Assembly: GCA_951406725.2 (NCBI GenBank)
Contig: OX597816.1
Location: forward strand, 130,138,001-130,202,000
Length of the DNA: 64,000 nucleotides
Origin: Octopus vulgaris
Lineage: Eukaryota
Direction: 5' to 3'
Shown here piece by piece: positions 1-13,198 of the stretch (its first letter is position 1; every line of letters begins with the position of its first letter). Both the position numbers and the translations under genes were made by a program. A model generated the notes under the pieces. That model worked only from the letters and a program-made list of their open reading frames with translations. It searched no databases and had not been told where the DNA came from.

Positions 1-121
1 TTACACAGAAGTAATCCAACTATGAATTTCATGTCCCATTTTACTTGTTGACAGAGTCCATAAAAGTTCACCTCATAGGTTTTCTTTTATCTACCTTAAG
101 CTGTTATTTATTTTCTGTCTC

Positions 122-186
122 CTACTTACCCAGCTATCTACTTACCCAGCTATCTACTTACCCAGCTATCTACTTACCCAGCTATC
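122..186. repeat. 16-bp minisatellite x4
   Basis: (ctacttacccagctat)4. Confidence 0.9.
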
Positions 187-530
187 AGTTCTTATTTATG
201 CTTTCTCTATGTATCTCTTCCTTGGTTACAAAAAACAATTACTTCAGGACATCTTTATTTGTAGCAATATCAACAATTACTTCAGGACATTTTTATATAT
301 ATCAGTATCAACAATTACTTCAGCACATCTTTATATATATATCAGTATCCTACATATATGTACCAGTATATGAATAAGTAACTTGTTTATTTATATATTT
401 TCATTAAATATTTGAAGCAACACAATTGTCTCTGCCATACACTACCAATACTAATGTCAAGTGGAACTTTTTAAAACTCTTTTGTGCTTACATCATATAT
501 CCACTACCTATTACTCTTAAACCACTGACC

Positions 531-594
<64 letters not shown>

Positions 595-599
<5 letters not shown>

Positions 600-787
600 C
601 AGTTTATGGGGTTACCCTGGGTTTCACATCCATTAAGTGCTTAGCTTTACAGCATTTCTTAAGACCCTAAACCCATTTGCCTATGGTCTCACTAGCCATA
701 GGCCAATGGATTTAAAGTCTGAAGAAATGCTGTAAAGCTAAGCAGTTTATGGATGTGAAACCCAGGGTAACCCCATAAACCAGCCAT
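595..787. repeat. long inverted repeat with hammerhead-like motif in each arm
   Basis: Arms 602-686 and 696-780 are near-complementary; CTGAAGA at 719-725, GAAACCCAGGGTA at 757-769. Confidence 0.8.
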
Positions 788-1266
788 ATCTTTATCTATA
801 CTCTACTGCTTTATAACTTAGATTGTGCTTCTTTTTGGGATTTATGATTTACTAACAATATATATATATAGAGCAATGCATTTGGGGCTGTATAGAATAG
901 TGAGGTGAAATACTTCAGTCAAGTGAACTTATTCGTGCAATTAGCTGATAAAAACTCCCTTGAAGTATGTCTAAAATTTTTAAATGATGCACAAAGAATG
1001 ACATGTAATGACCATATATAAGAACCAATTTTAGCAGCATTTAGTAGAGAAGGCATGTAGTTCTTGAGTGAGAAGTTCACCAAGTATTAAAATCAATGTA
1101 TACTGATGCATTGTTCTAATGATTGAAAAGGAACAATATTAATTGCTTACTAAGATGGCCAGTTATTTATCTGATTATTATGTTAGTTGTTACAATATAG
1201 AAAATACTTCATCAAGTTGTTGTGTGTACACAAATTGTTTGTTATTACAGTAGACAAATTGTCTCT

Positions 1267-1456
1267 CTGTGCAGGTGGCAAGTAAAAAGCACCCACTACA
1301 CTCACGGAGTGGTTGGCGTTAGGAAGGGCATCCAGCTGTAGAAACAGTGCCAGATAAGACTGGAGCCTGGTGCAGCCTTCTGGCTTCCCAGATCCCCGGT
1401 CGAACCATCCAACCCATGCTAGCATGGAGAACGGACGTTAAACCATGATGATGATG
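1267..1456 (+). mobile_element. RTE-tailed SINE-like repeat, (GAT)n tail
   Basis: ggagtggttggcgttaggaagggcatccagctgtagaaac...gacgttaaaccatgatgatgat; near-identical copies elsewhere in the window. Confidence 0.85.
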
Positions 1457-1695
1457 TGTATGTCAGCTTCATCTGTAAGACTACTAGAGAGAGACAAGGC
1501 AGATAGAAACAGTAAGGGTTGCTTTGTCCCTCGCATAAAGGTGTTGCTTCTCCATTGTTATCAGACAGAAGGAAGATAGATGTGTGCTCTTGGAGGTGCT
1601 GAGTTAGCAAAGAGATGAACTGATATATGGTTGTGTATATATTCTTTGTAACAAAATTATATTCTTTGTAACAAAATTAGGTTATGCTAAATACC

Positions 1696-1908
1696 TATTT
1701 CTTTATTACCCACAAGGGGCTAAACATAGAGGGGACAAACAAGGACAGACATAGGTATTAAGTCGATTACATCGATCCCAGTGCATAACTGGTATCCGAA
1801 AGGATGAAAGGTAAAGTCGACCTCAGCGGAATTTGAACTCACAATGTAACAGCAGACGAAATACCGCTAAGCATTTCGCCTGGCGTGCTAACGATTCTGC
1901 CAGCTCGC
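1696..1908 (-). mobile_element. SINE family 2 (ggcgagctggcagaa head)
   Basis: Reverse complement of 7131-7370; 11-bp TSD tgctaaatacc. Confidence 0.85.
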
Positions 1909-2444
1909 TGCTAAATACCAGTTGAACACTGGGGTTGATGTGATCAACTTGCCCCCTTCCTTGAACTTGCTGGTCTTGTGTCAAATTAGGACAAGCTAAA
2001 ACAACCAGATTCTTCCTTTGTATCAAGTTTGACCTATGAATAACTCAAAAAGGTCTCAGACATCAGTTTATTCTTGTTAATCTCTTAGTGCAACAGGTAA
2101 AAACTATACACCAATGACGCATGGAAAAAAATGTAGATTAGGTTGTTCACTACATACACATTCCTCATTCTGAACCCGTTTATTTATTTTCCAAATGAAT
2201 AATCATTCATAATTCATCTTGGCATTAATTATTTCATGAAAAAGTTATGGTCGTTAATCCTTTTTTCTCAAATATTAAAAAAGGATACTTTCTGAAAGCT
2301 TATCTTTTAAAATATTAGAACATTATACTACAACAGTTCTCGTTCCCAGGATCAAGTAAGGGAACTAACAAAAATAGTAAAATTGAATTAGATAATCATA
2401 GAAGTCCATAGTTTTTAATAATTTGTAAAGATTCCTATGTCAAT

Positions 2445-2775
2445 CATCAACATTATCTTAATCATTTAATATCCATTTTCCATTCTGGCATGGGTTGGAT
2501 GGTTTAACAGGAGCCAGAAAAGCCAGGGGCTGCACCAGGCTCTGCTGTCTGTTTTGGCATGGTTTCTATGGCTTGATGCCCTTCCTAATACTAACCACTT
2601 TTCAAAGTGTACTGAAGCTTTTTACATAGCACTACCACTAGTGCTTTTTATGTCACACCAGCATCAGTTCTTTTCATGTGTCACCAGTGCTTTTCAAACG
2701 GCGCTAGATCCAGTGCTTTTTATGTTGCACCAGCATTGGTGCTTTTTATGTGGAACCAGCACCACTAGCACTGAT
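2445..2775 (-). mobile_element. RTE-tailed SINE-like repeat (older copy)
   Basis: gatgcccttcctaa core; further old copies at about 7975-8200 and 42220-42420. Confidence 0.7.
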
Positions 2776-2779
2776 ATTT

Positions 2780-3250
2780 CGTCCCATGTCTTTTTAGGTC
2801 TCCCTCTTCCATGAGGTCCATCCACTTTAAGTGATTGGCACTTCTGTACATAACTGTTCACACCCATATGCATCACATGACCAAACTGGTGCAGTCTTTT
2901 CTCTTGTACATTGCATCTAATTCCTCTTATGCCTAACTCTTCTCTCAACACACTAGCACTCTGTCACACATGTACACTGGCATTGCACAAACAGTGGAGC
3001 ATACTAGCATCATTCTTCTCTAGCCTTCACATGTCCTCTGCATTCAGGGCCCAAATCTCACTACCATGTAACATAGCTGTTCATATACATGCATCATGCA
3101 ATTTTCTTTTCACTCAGAGTGAGAGATCTTTGGTTGCTAACAGAGGTAAAAGCTCTTTGAATTTTCTCCATCCTATTCTTATTCTAGCAATTACACTTTC
3201 TGTGCATCCTCTCCCACCACTAATTAGGTCCCCTAGGTAGCAGAAATTAT
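2780..3250 (-). mobile_element. RTE LINE RT fragment
   Basis: LREELGIRGIRCNVQEKRLHQFGHVMHM...GRGRPKKTW, a typical RTE C-terminus. Confidence 0.85.
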
Positions 3251-4407
3251 GCTCTACCTCTTAAGAGCCTCAGGCATTTGAGAAAATTGATTTCCTAAGT
3301 ACATGTAGTTTTTATAGCTCTTGTGCAACGGTAGTTTATAATTATTATATTTGGTAAATTTTGTTTGAATTTCTGAAGTAAAGAATTAACGTTACTATTG
3401 TAGCAGCACAAGCAGTCAGTGCCATATTGGATGAGATCTCACGGCAGCCATTGCCATCTCTGAGACTAGAGCGAGACCTCACCTGCATCTATTTGCCATG
3501 CGCGAGATCATAACGAGGCTCACGATGGAAAACTATATAAAGGGAAAGCCAGTTTGAATCTCTTTCTTTTTGGTGCCACTTTGTGAACACCACCAGTGGC
3601 TGGACCTGTCTATATGTTGTATCTCCAAAAGCAATTTGTGTCCACACTAACGGAGCTACTACACAACGCACTCAGCTAAAGATGGTAGCTGAGAGCAGCA
3701 CACTACACCTATCCTGTGAATTCTGTAAATAAACCAGTTGTAAATAGCATTTGTACTTGAAGTCTTCTCCCTTTGCCTGCTGGAAGCCTGAACTACATGA
3801 AGAACAATAGGTGATGGAAGAAGACGATATTCTTCCGATATCGTAAACCTTGCCTTCCATTATACTATATTTTGATATATTCAAATTAGTTTTCTCATCT
3901 TGCTTGCCATAATCAAAACATTTCAGTGAATGTATCCTCTAGTCAGAGTATCCTCTTTTATCTTTTTCCTTTTTTCAGTCATTGAAATGCGATCATGCTG
4001 GGGCACTGCTTTGAAGGGTTTAGTCAAACAAATCAGTCCCAGTACTTATTATTTTTGCTAAGAGACACTTGTGCTGAACTGCTAAGTTATGAGGATGTAA
4101 ACAAATCCACATCAGTTGTCAAACACTAACACACATGCATCACTATGTTAAATACCTTGTAACCAAAAATTCTTGATTTATTAAAATTATCTCCAACTCT
4201 AGAGGATGTCTCATAATTATCAAATGAGAATTATGTCCACCTCCTCGAGGGAAGATATATATATATATCATCATCATATATATATGTATAGGAGTATGGG
4301 TATATGCACTCATATGTATGTGTATATTATATATTATGGGTATGTACCCACTCTTGTATGGGTGTACCTCCTCTGATATTCATATTTAATTTAGTTTGTA
4401 CTTCATA

Positions 4408-4534
4408 ATCTCTGAAGAGGCCTTGGGATATTTTTGTAAGTGTCTCATTTATAACTACATATTAACCTATCACACATGGCTAATATGAGCATAATGAGAC
4501 ACCCATATCTGCATGGCTGAAACAGCTGTAAGAT
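4408..4534 (+). ncRNA. type I hammerhead ribozyme motif (Penelope-type)
   Basis: ATCT-CTGAAGA-GGCC..GGCT-GAAA-CAGCTG-TA-AGAT: conserved core, stem I ATCT/AGAT, palindromic stem III. Confidence 0.7.
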
Positions 4535-4916
4535 GTAATTTATATTTGTATTTATTTATATTCACTTATACATACTGTACTTATTGTATCATATTACTCA
4601 TTGATGTACATTGTTTTGTTCTATATTATGTTTGACCTTAATGTTCATATGTAGTGGTTTAATAAATTATGTGATTGGGTATTATCTGGTAGTTGATTAT
4701 TGATTAAGATGTATTTCTCCATTTTCTTATTTTGTATTATTAATTTGTGGTAAAACATTTTACCTTTGGCCATATAATACAATAAATGAATTAATTGCAT
4801 TGCAATTCTTAACATTTATGTATTAACTTTGTTGGGTGCTTTACTAGCAGTATATTGGATATATGTTTTCCCATGGAGGGTTGCACTCACAACCCCTATC
4901 TCAATTTGTGTAATTT

Positions 4917-5011
<95 letters not shown>

Positions 5012-5052
5012 TAGATAGATACAGAGATACAGAGAGAGAGAGAGAGAGAGAG
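4917..5052. repeat. compound (TA)n/(CA)n/(GA)n microsatellite
   Basis: Seen directly; similar arrays at 532-594, 7924-7976, 24415-24451, 47748-47855, 53284-53345. Confidence 0.95.
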
Positions 5053-5400
5053 ATTAAAATAAAAACTGAAAGAGCAAAACATTTGCCATCTCTTACAACT
5101 GTTTCTAGAATAGCCAAGCATGTGGATAATGATATTGAGTATGGATTCCATAAGCTAGGTGTTTTGTCACCAGAGGGAGAGAAGTCAGAAAAATATAAAA
5201 ATGAAGAAATATCTCCAATTGAGGGTGTTCGTACTTTCCAGTTGGTCAAAATGAAGGAAGAATCAGAGTGAAAAAGATAAGTGTTACACAATTTCATGAT
5301 TTAAAAAAATGATTAAGTTATAGATAATGTCCATTAACAGTTTCCAATGAGAATGTTTGATGATAATCCATGGCAAGGAATAGTACATACCTATTATATA

Positions 5401-6611
5401 TGAGGGGGTACCCCAAAGGAACCAGAATTTTGAAACATTATTTTATTCACTTAGCTTTACATGTTTACACTTTTATTGCTTTCAAAGGATTCTCCATTTG
5501 AAGCAATGAATTTTCCGTGGTTTGAAGCAGTCCTAGAACTCTTCGTTTTTTCCTTCATGTCTTCCACATCTGCAAAACGTTTTCCTTCAAGAACTTTTTT
5601 CATTTAGGGTAACAAAAAAAAAGTCACAGGGAACAAGATCAGGTGAATAGGGAGAGTGGGTAAATGGGTCATGCCATGTTTGGTCAAAAACTATCTTACA
5701 TTCAAGGTAGATGAACCCACCACTCTCCACTTTGCCACTGGTCAGGGCATTTTTGTCTAGTTGTGTACCACAAATGCTTCAGAACTGCCAAGTAAAATAT
5801 CTGGCTAATAGTTTGACCAAGAGGAACAAATACTGTGTGGACAATTCCTTTCATATCAATGAAACCAATCAGCATCGTCTTGACATCAAACTTCACTTGA
5901 CACACTTTTTGGAGGGCATGATGACATTGAATGCTTCCATTGACTTGATTACTGCTTTGTTGTAGACATAGCACCAGCTTTTGTCACCAGTGATGACCTT
6001 TGAAAAACAGTTTGGATCAACTTCCAACTGTTCTTTCAGCTCATGATACACATTCAGTTGTGACTGTTTTTGATCATCCGTGATCAAGTGAGGCACAAAT
6101 TTTGCTGCAACTTTCACTTACAATTTCTCACTCAAAATTCATTGGTGGGGAGCTCCAGGACACACCAGTCATATCAACAAGTTCATCAATTGTTCAGTGA
6201 CAGTCCTCCAGGATCAGCTCATGAATTTTTGTGATGTTTTCATTTGTTCAGGAGGTTGACAGTTGCTCTGAACAAAGTTGGTCTTCAGGCAACAAGTGAC
6301 CATTCATAAAGTGTGAAAATCACTTGTAAACTTGTGTTTTACTTGTGGCAGTGTCCTTGTAAGCTGTTTGAAGCATGAGAACTGTTTCAGCCACTGTTTT
6401 CCCCAACAGCAAACAGAATTTCACAGAAGCACACTGTTCCTTTGTTTTAGCCATTGCAAAAATTGATGAACAAAGGAGGGGCACTGCAAAACAAAGACAC
6501 ACCACATGGCAGTACAGTTGGCAGTTTGATGCCTGGAAATTGCAGTAGAAGCCTGAACTACAATGGGTTTGTCCCACAGAACGTTTCTGGTTACTTTAGG
6601 ATACCTCCTCA
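5401..6611 (-). mobile_element. full-length decayed Tc1/mariner (mariner-like) DNA transposon
   Basis: About 28-bp imperfect TIRs (tgagggggtaccccaaaggaaccagaa / ttctggttactttaggatacctcctca) and TA on both sides; frameshifted transposase fragments EQCASVKFCLLLGKT, AKFVPHL, VITGDKSW, HSPYSPDLVPCDF. Confidence 0.93.
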
Positions 6612-7130
6612 TAATGTCAGTTGATGAAAACTCCTTGTATACTTTCTCTCTCTCTCTCTCTCTCTCACTATACACATACACACAAACACACAATGCACCT
6701 CCATACAGTTTCTATTAATCAAATTTACTCACAAAAAATTGGTCTACTCTAAGGCTATTGTAGAAATTATTTACCCAAGGTGCCATGCAGTGGAACTGAA
6801 CTCAAAACTATGTGGTTGCAATGCAAAATATTCTCAAAATTTCTAAGTAAGCCTAGTATAGAAATGAATATCATGGAAAAGCCTTTCATTAAGAAAGAAT
6901 ATTAAACTCACATTCATTAACAAAAAAAAGTTGCATTTAAACCTAACTGCCATTACCTAATTGTCCTTCGGGACAATGAGATAGTGACTATAAGCGTTGG
7001 TCAATAGCTTAGCTAGTGAGTGTGACTTCAATCCTTGAGTTAGTCAATATGTATACTCTGACCATGCCTGTCCCATAACTATGTAAATCAATGTTTGTTT
7101 TACATATAAGATACTTGCATGTAAACAAAA

Positions 7131-7545
7131 AGCGGCGAGCTGGCAGAAACATTAGCATGCTGGGCAAAATGCTTAGCGGTATTTCGTCTGCCGTTACGTT
7201 CTGAGTTCAAATTCTGCTGAGGTTGACTTTGCCTTTCATCCTTTCGGGGTCGATAAATTAAGTACCAGTTACACACTGGGGTCAATATAATCGACTTAAT
7301 CCGTCTGTCTGTCCTTGTTTGTCTCCTCTGTGTTTAGCCCCATGTGGGTAGTAAAGAAATAGGTATTTCATTTGCTATTACGTACTGAGTTCAAATTCTG
7401 CTGAAGTCAACTTTGCTTTTCATCCTTTTGAGGTCGATTAAATAAGTACAAGTTATGTACTGGGGTCGATGTGATTGACTTAGTCCTTTTCTCTATCCTT
7501 GTTTGTTCCCTCTATGTTTAGCCCCCTGTTGGCAATAAAAAAATA
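7131..7545 (+). mobile_element. SINE family 2 with tandemly duplicated 3' part
   Basis: gcggcgagctggcagaaac head, B-box-like gagttcaaattc, second unit from about 7363; 15-bp TSD at 7046-7060 and 7546-7560. Confidence 0.88.
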
Positions 7546-7920
7546 AATATGTATACTCTGGCTCAAGCAGAACAAGTAAACAATGGCATAAGAAAGAGAA
7601 TAACTAACAGGTGAATATCTTTAGTATGGACAATGGAATGAGAACAATCTACTGCCATGGTTTTAATAAAGAATTGGGTTTGAAATCCTGATAATCTTTC
7701 CAAATGCAAGTTTATGAAGGTTATAAGATACATTGGCTGAAATATTGTCTATAACAAGATGAGGACAATGGCCCAAATGTATTAGTGGATAATATTATAT
7801 TCTGTTGACATCCTAACAATTTAGAAATTTTTGAGAGAAAGTGAAATAATTCTCTTTAAAGTTTCTAAAAGGGATAGAGATATTTGGAGGATTGCATTGG
7901 TAGACCACCAGTCATATCTA

Positions 7921-7978
<58 letters not shown>

Positions 7979-10900
7979 TAATCATTATTTAGTGTCTGTT
8001 TTCCATACTAGCATAGGTAAGATGGATTGACTGGAACTGGTAAGCAAGAGAGCTGCACCAGGCTCCAGTCTGTTTTGGCTTGGTTTCTATAGCTGGGTGC
8101 CCCTTCCTAATACCAACCACTCCACAGAGTGTACTGCGTGTCTTGAACATGTCACTGGCATAGATATCTTCTACATATCACTAGCATGGGTACCTTTTAA
8201 TATGAATCATGTCTACTGGACACATGGCTTTGAGCCCAACAGGCAGCCTTCAACTTTTTTCTAGATTTTTCGACCTAATATTTACATGATATTATTTATA
8301 GCTTTATATGTGCTTCAAAACTCACTGCACCTAAAAAGAATTATTTTATGTTTTCCTGAAAGTTTATTAATTAATTTTTATGATATCAACAACACACATT
8401 TCTCACCAGCCTTAGACTTTTCTATCCAAAAGGGCTTTTCAACCTAGTATTTACATGCTTATTATATTCTCTGTTTTTAGCTGAAGACTATGCTTTCAGA
8501 ACTGAAATTTATATTATAGTTTCTGGATTAAAACTCAGGCTTGTGTCCACTCATCATTCTAATAGATTCCCAATGTTATTGAACCTTCACATAGGATTAA
8601 GATAAGAGCAGGAGTAAAGTATTACCTATAGTTTAAAATTTAAATTGGAGTGTCACAAAACTGGAACTACAAGTAAGTTCAGTAAAATCTCTTCATAAAA
8701 AAATGACATTTAAAAGATTGTCTAGCTTTTTAAAAATTCTTCTGAGATAGTTGAAATCCTGTTCATCAAATGTCACCACTGCTTTGCCAACATGACACAT
8801 GTCAGAAAATACAGTGAACTCAAGATTTAAAGGACTAATAGAGGGTGGGGATGGGGTGGGGGAAGATGTGTTGGTCAATAATTGAAGATCTAAGTGTCAT
8901 TTCCCTCTCTCTTTTTCACATGCACATTCTCACTCACATGATCTCACACACACATCATTTCTCTCTTTTATCTTGGTCATTCTTTTGAAACCTCAATAGA
9001 TGTCCTTTCAATACCTTTTTTTTCTTTTTTTACTTTCAATACCTTTTTTCTTTTACTTGTTTCAGTCATTGGACTGCAGAATTTAGCCAAACAAATTAAC
9101 TCCAGTACTTATTTTAGTGATATCTTTTGCAGAACTGTTAAGTCACAGGGGTGTAAGCCAACCAACACTAGTTGTCAAGTGATATGGGAACAAGTACCAA
9201 CACAATGACACACACATATATATATATATATACATGATGGGCTTCTACACAGTTTCCATCTACCAAATTCATTCACAAGACATTGGTTGGCTGGGGCTAT
9301 AGTAGAAAACACTTACTCAGTGTTGTGTAGTGGGACTGAACCTGAAATCGTGATTCCAAAGCAAGCCACAAAACCATGCCTGTGCCATAACTATGTAAAT
9401 CAATGTTTGTTTTAAATATATGACACTTGCATGTAAACAAAAGTTTTTTTCATGTTGATGTAGTTTTGACCAACAAGATTTATCAGCTCTTCCTTGATGA
9501 TCATCCATGTCCTCCTGCCAAAGCACTAATAAAAGGCAACTACATACCAAGGCCAAGGAGACTGCTCAACTCCTGGCAAACATTTCACACTAGATACTCT
9601 TAGGAAATGGTAATTCCACTTTAACACCAATTTTCATTTCAAAGAGCTACTAAATTGATCACACATACATTTGTCAGACAATCTTTTTCACTGAGTTCTT
9701 AAACTTATCTTGCTCACACACACTCACAAAATTATTTCTACGTATTTAGTGGTGACCCAGTATAATACTTGAAAGCACAATAGATATATTTTATATTAAA
9801 AAAATTGATTCATTAAATTTGAGTTAGGAATAAAAATAATTTCCTTAGACAGTTCTACTAAATAAAGACTTTTTTTCCATGAAGATTTCACAAACTTCGT
9901 CCTGTAAAACTTTTAAATGGTCAAATTTCTTAAGACCTACATTATGTCACACTTATTGCATCTCACCACTCAGATACCATACTAATGCTTTATTTTTCCA
10001 ACTCTGTGTCTAAAATTGCATCCCATTGGTACTCACCTCCCTAATCTTGTAACTTATAACAATTTAAGTTTTGCTACATCCAGTTCATGTGACTTCCATA
10101 TACTAGAGTACAACTCATTCATCTGCGATGATACATCCATATTTACATTGTAGACTCTATTCCCAAATGAATACAAGTGATAATTTGCCTGATAATGAAG
10201 CCTACACATTTGCAAATTCTGGTTCATTGTTGCATGCTATTTTTCTCTGTCTCTTACAACATACAAGAATCTATTCATTTCTTAAAGTACTCTTTGCATA
10301 TCATTTCTACTTAAGCCTTATTTAAAGTACCTGTCGCTTATCCTTTCATTATCTGATCTCAACCAGAGATTCCATGTAAAGCATTATGTTCAGTCTTTCT
10401 TTCCAGAACTCCTTTAATGCTCATATTTCCTCTTCAGTCATTTAACTTTTAATAATCCTTACCAAACATTTATTATATTAACTTCATTCAGTTATGCTAC
10501 AATAAAATTTTAGTAGCATTTGCCAATGATTCTCACTGCAATGTCATCTTAATTATGAAATTTAACCAAGAACATAATGAAATTACTCTATTCTATATCT
10601 ATTGTATTTTCTATTCAATTCACAGTACTTTCTCATCTATTAATATTGCATATGACAATTGTCTTCCATACATAAACTTGGTGGTGCCTTTCACACCAAC
10701 TCATGAAAAAACAGTAAAAGAAACATCGCCAGTGATAAATCTGGTCATAATGAATGAGAAGACAGACACAAAGATTCTGATGTAGATGTCGATCCTCAAA
10801 GTTATAAACTGTATCAGTGCAGTTAAAATGAATTTCCAGAATATAGAAAAGTTAATATGAATGCAATACAAATGTTCAGTTATGGTTAGAGGCTGAACAT

Positions 10901-11250
10901 TCACTACAATTGCCTATAAATAAATATTTTAACTATTTGATACGACTGTGTCTGTGTAGAAAAACCACTTTTCAACAAAATGTGTTAGATGGTATCAACG
11001 GTTATGTATGTGTATCAAAACATATATGTATCTATCTTTTACTTGTTTCAGTCATTAGGCTGTGGCCATGCTGGAGTGCCAGCTTGAAATTTTAGTTGAA
11101 TGAATCCACTCCAATGTTTTTTTTTAAGCTTGGAACTTATTCTGTCAATCATTTTTGCCAAACTACTAAGTTAAGGGGATGTAAACAGACCAACACTGGT
11201 TGGCAAGCAGTGGTGGGTGACAAACACAGATACAAAGACATATACACACA

Positions 11251-12103
11251 TGTGGTCTGATCAATAAGTATCCGGACTCTTTGCCATAGTAATGAAGTTA
11301 AAGCATCCAGAGTGAAGCCACTTGGCACAGATTGACCTTAAACTCTGCTGTGCACTAAGTTTTAATGTACTAGCTCACTTCTGCTGTTGACAGTAGTGCT
11401 TGGAAGTAATGTGTGATTGTTGCATTGACCACGACAGAGAAAGTTGCGCAGAGAGTCTGCATCAAATTTTGCCAAAAGCTTGGCGATGCATGTTCAGAAG
11501 CCTATGCAAAATTTTCAAAAAGTTTTCATCATTCTTGACACAACCAAGGAGATCTTTGTGCAACTAAAATCTGAGTGTCCTTTTTGGCCAGCTGAAAGCA
11601 GTTTGGGCACAAACTTGGCAGACATGCATCCCATACCCAAATCTTCAGTAATAATGGACTGAACTGAATCATAATTAATCTGCACATCCTCTGATAACTC
11701 ACAGATGGCGATTCGACAATTTCCTTTCATAGCTGCATGCACATCTGTGATGTTTTTCTCAGTTCTTCTGGTTGCAGGTTTCCCAGAACATTCCTCACTA
11801 TTGACATTTTTTTGGTCATCTTGGAAACATTTGAACCACTTGTACACCTGTGACTCATACACTTCATGAAACCTTGTATAGGCCTCTGAGCAGGTATTGC
11901 CATGACAACTTTTTCTGTCATGATCAATACGATGATCACGTTACTTCCAAGTACTGCCATAAACAGGGGAAGAGAGCTAGAATGTTAAATTTAGTGTACA
12001 TGCACAGCAGAGGTCAAGGTCAATCTGTGCTGAGTGGCTTCACTCTGCATGCTTTAGCTTCGTTAGTATGGTAACAGTCCAGATACTTGTTGATCAGACC
12101 TCA
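11251..12103. mobile_element. mariner-derived palindromic MITE (two 5' halves), inserted in a SINE
   Basis: TIRs tgtggtctgatcaataagtatccggact / agtccagatacttgttgatcagacctca+TA; inverted similarity extends about 190 bp into the transposase start; HTH and AKFVPKLL fragments in ORF 11515..11862. Confidence 0.85.
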
Positions 12104-12999
12104 TATATTAGTTTCTTTCAGTTCCTGTCTACCAAATCCACTTGCAAGGCTTTGTTTGTCCTGAGACTATAGTAGAAGACACTTGCCCAAGGTGCCATGC
12201 AGTGGGGCTGAACCTGGAACCATATAGTTGGGGAGCAAGCTTATTACCACATAGCCATGCCTGCATATATGTATGTATTTGAAAAGACATTATATTGATA
12301 ATGTATGTGAATGGTTATCTAAGGATTCATCTTAAAGGTAATATCAGTAGTGTACCAAAATCATATCAACTTGCTAATGCTCTTCAGTCGACAAGTTATC
12401 CACTACAAGTGGAATATGCAGATACAAGGAATAAAACAACTGAATACTCAGAAGCAAGTAAAAGTTATTTCACATCAGATACATCATGTTTTCGGTCTGA
12501 TTGTAAAGATTAACAATTCATTCTTACACACACACACACGAGAAAGAGAGAGAGCAATGGTTCAATAATCTTCTAGCTGCTTTGTAGCTGAAGGATTGAG
12601 ATAGGTCAAACTGGAGAACAAAATACCTTCAGTGGCTCAAGATTTTAATGTCTATGAATTGAAAATCCAACACTTTCCTCATATCACCAATATTTATCTT
12701 TATCTAGGATAGAGGATAGCCAACTTTTTCAGTATACCCTTTCATATCTACTAGTGTTGGTATAATGTGTGTGAAGAATATAATGTAAAATCTTTGGATA
12801 CAGTAGAACAGGCAATAGGCATGTATTATTTATTACTTAATTTAAAGAGTTCAAATCCCATGGTGGTCAAGTTTGCTTTTTATGCTTCCAGAATCAATAA
12901 ATGAAAGTAACAATAAACTACTGAGTAATATTCATTGTTCCCTCTCCCCAAATTTTTAGCCTTATGCCTTTGTTAGAAATCAATTTTGTTTTAATTTAA

Positions 13000-13198
13000 C
13001 CCTTTAGCATTCAGACTAATCTGTCAAATATAATGCTTATTTATTCACATTATTTGATAGCTCCAAGATTTCAACGATGTGATTGTTTATTTTTTAAAAA
13101 GATATTGTAGGGTAGGTGTAAGAGGCCAGACCTGGCCAGTCTGATCATAAAATTGTAGAATACTTTAGTCAAGTATTGCTGGTTTCAATGCTAAAGGG
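13000..13198. mobile_element. piggyBac-type MITE
   Basis: TTAA|ccctttagcatt ... aatgctaaaggg|taaa; internal similarity to 55497-55716 and about 27030-27245. Confidence 0.8.

Noticed and set aside
3360-3900. GC-richer segment with two short minus-strand ORFs
   Set aside because: No protein family recognised and no complete hammerhead core found; likely an unclassified repeat.
4816-5297. Overlapping 110-138 aa ORFs with YIYIYI/HTHT/ERER runs
   Set aside because: Translations of microsatellites, not genes; the same applies to similar ORFs at 426, 16381, 47654 and 53090.
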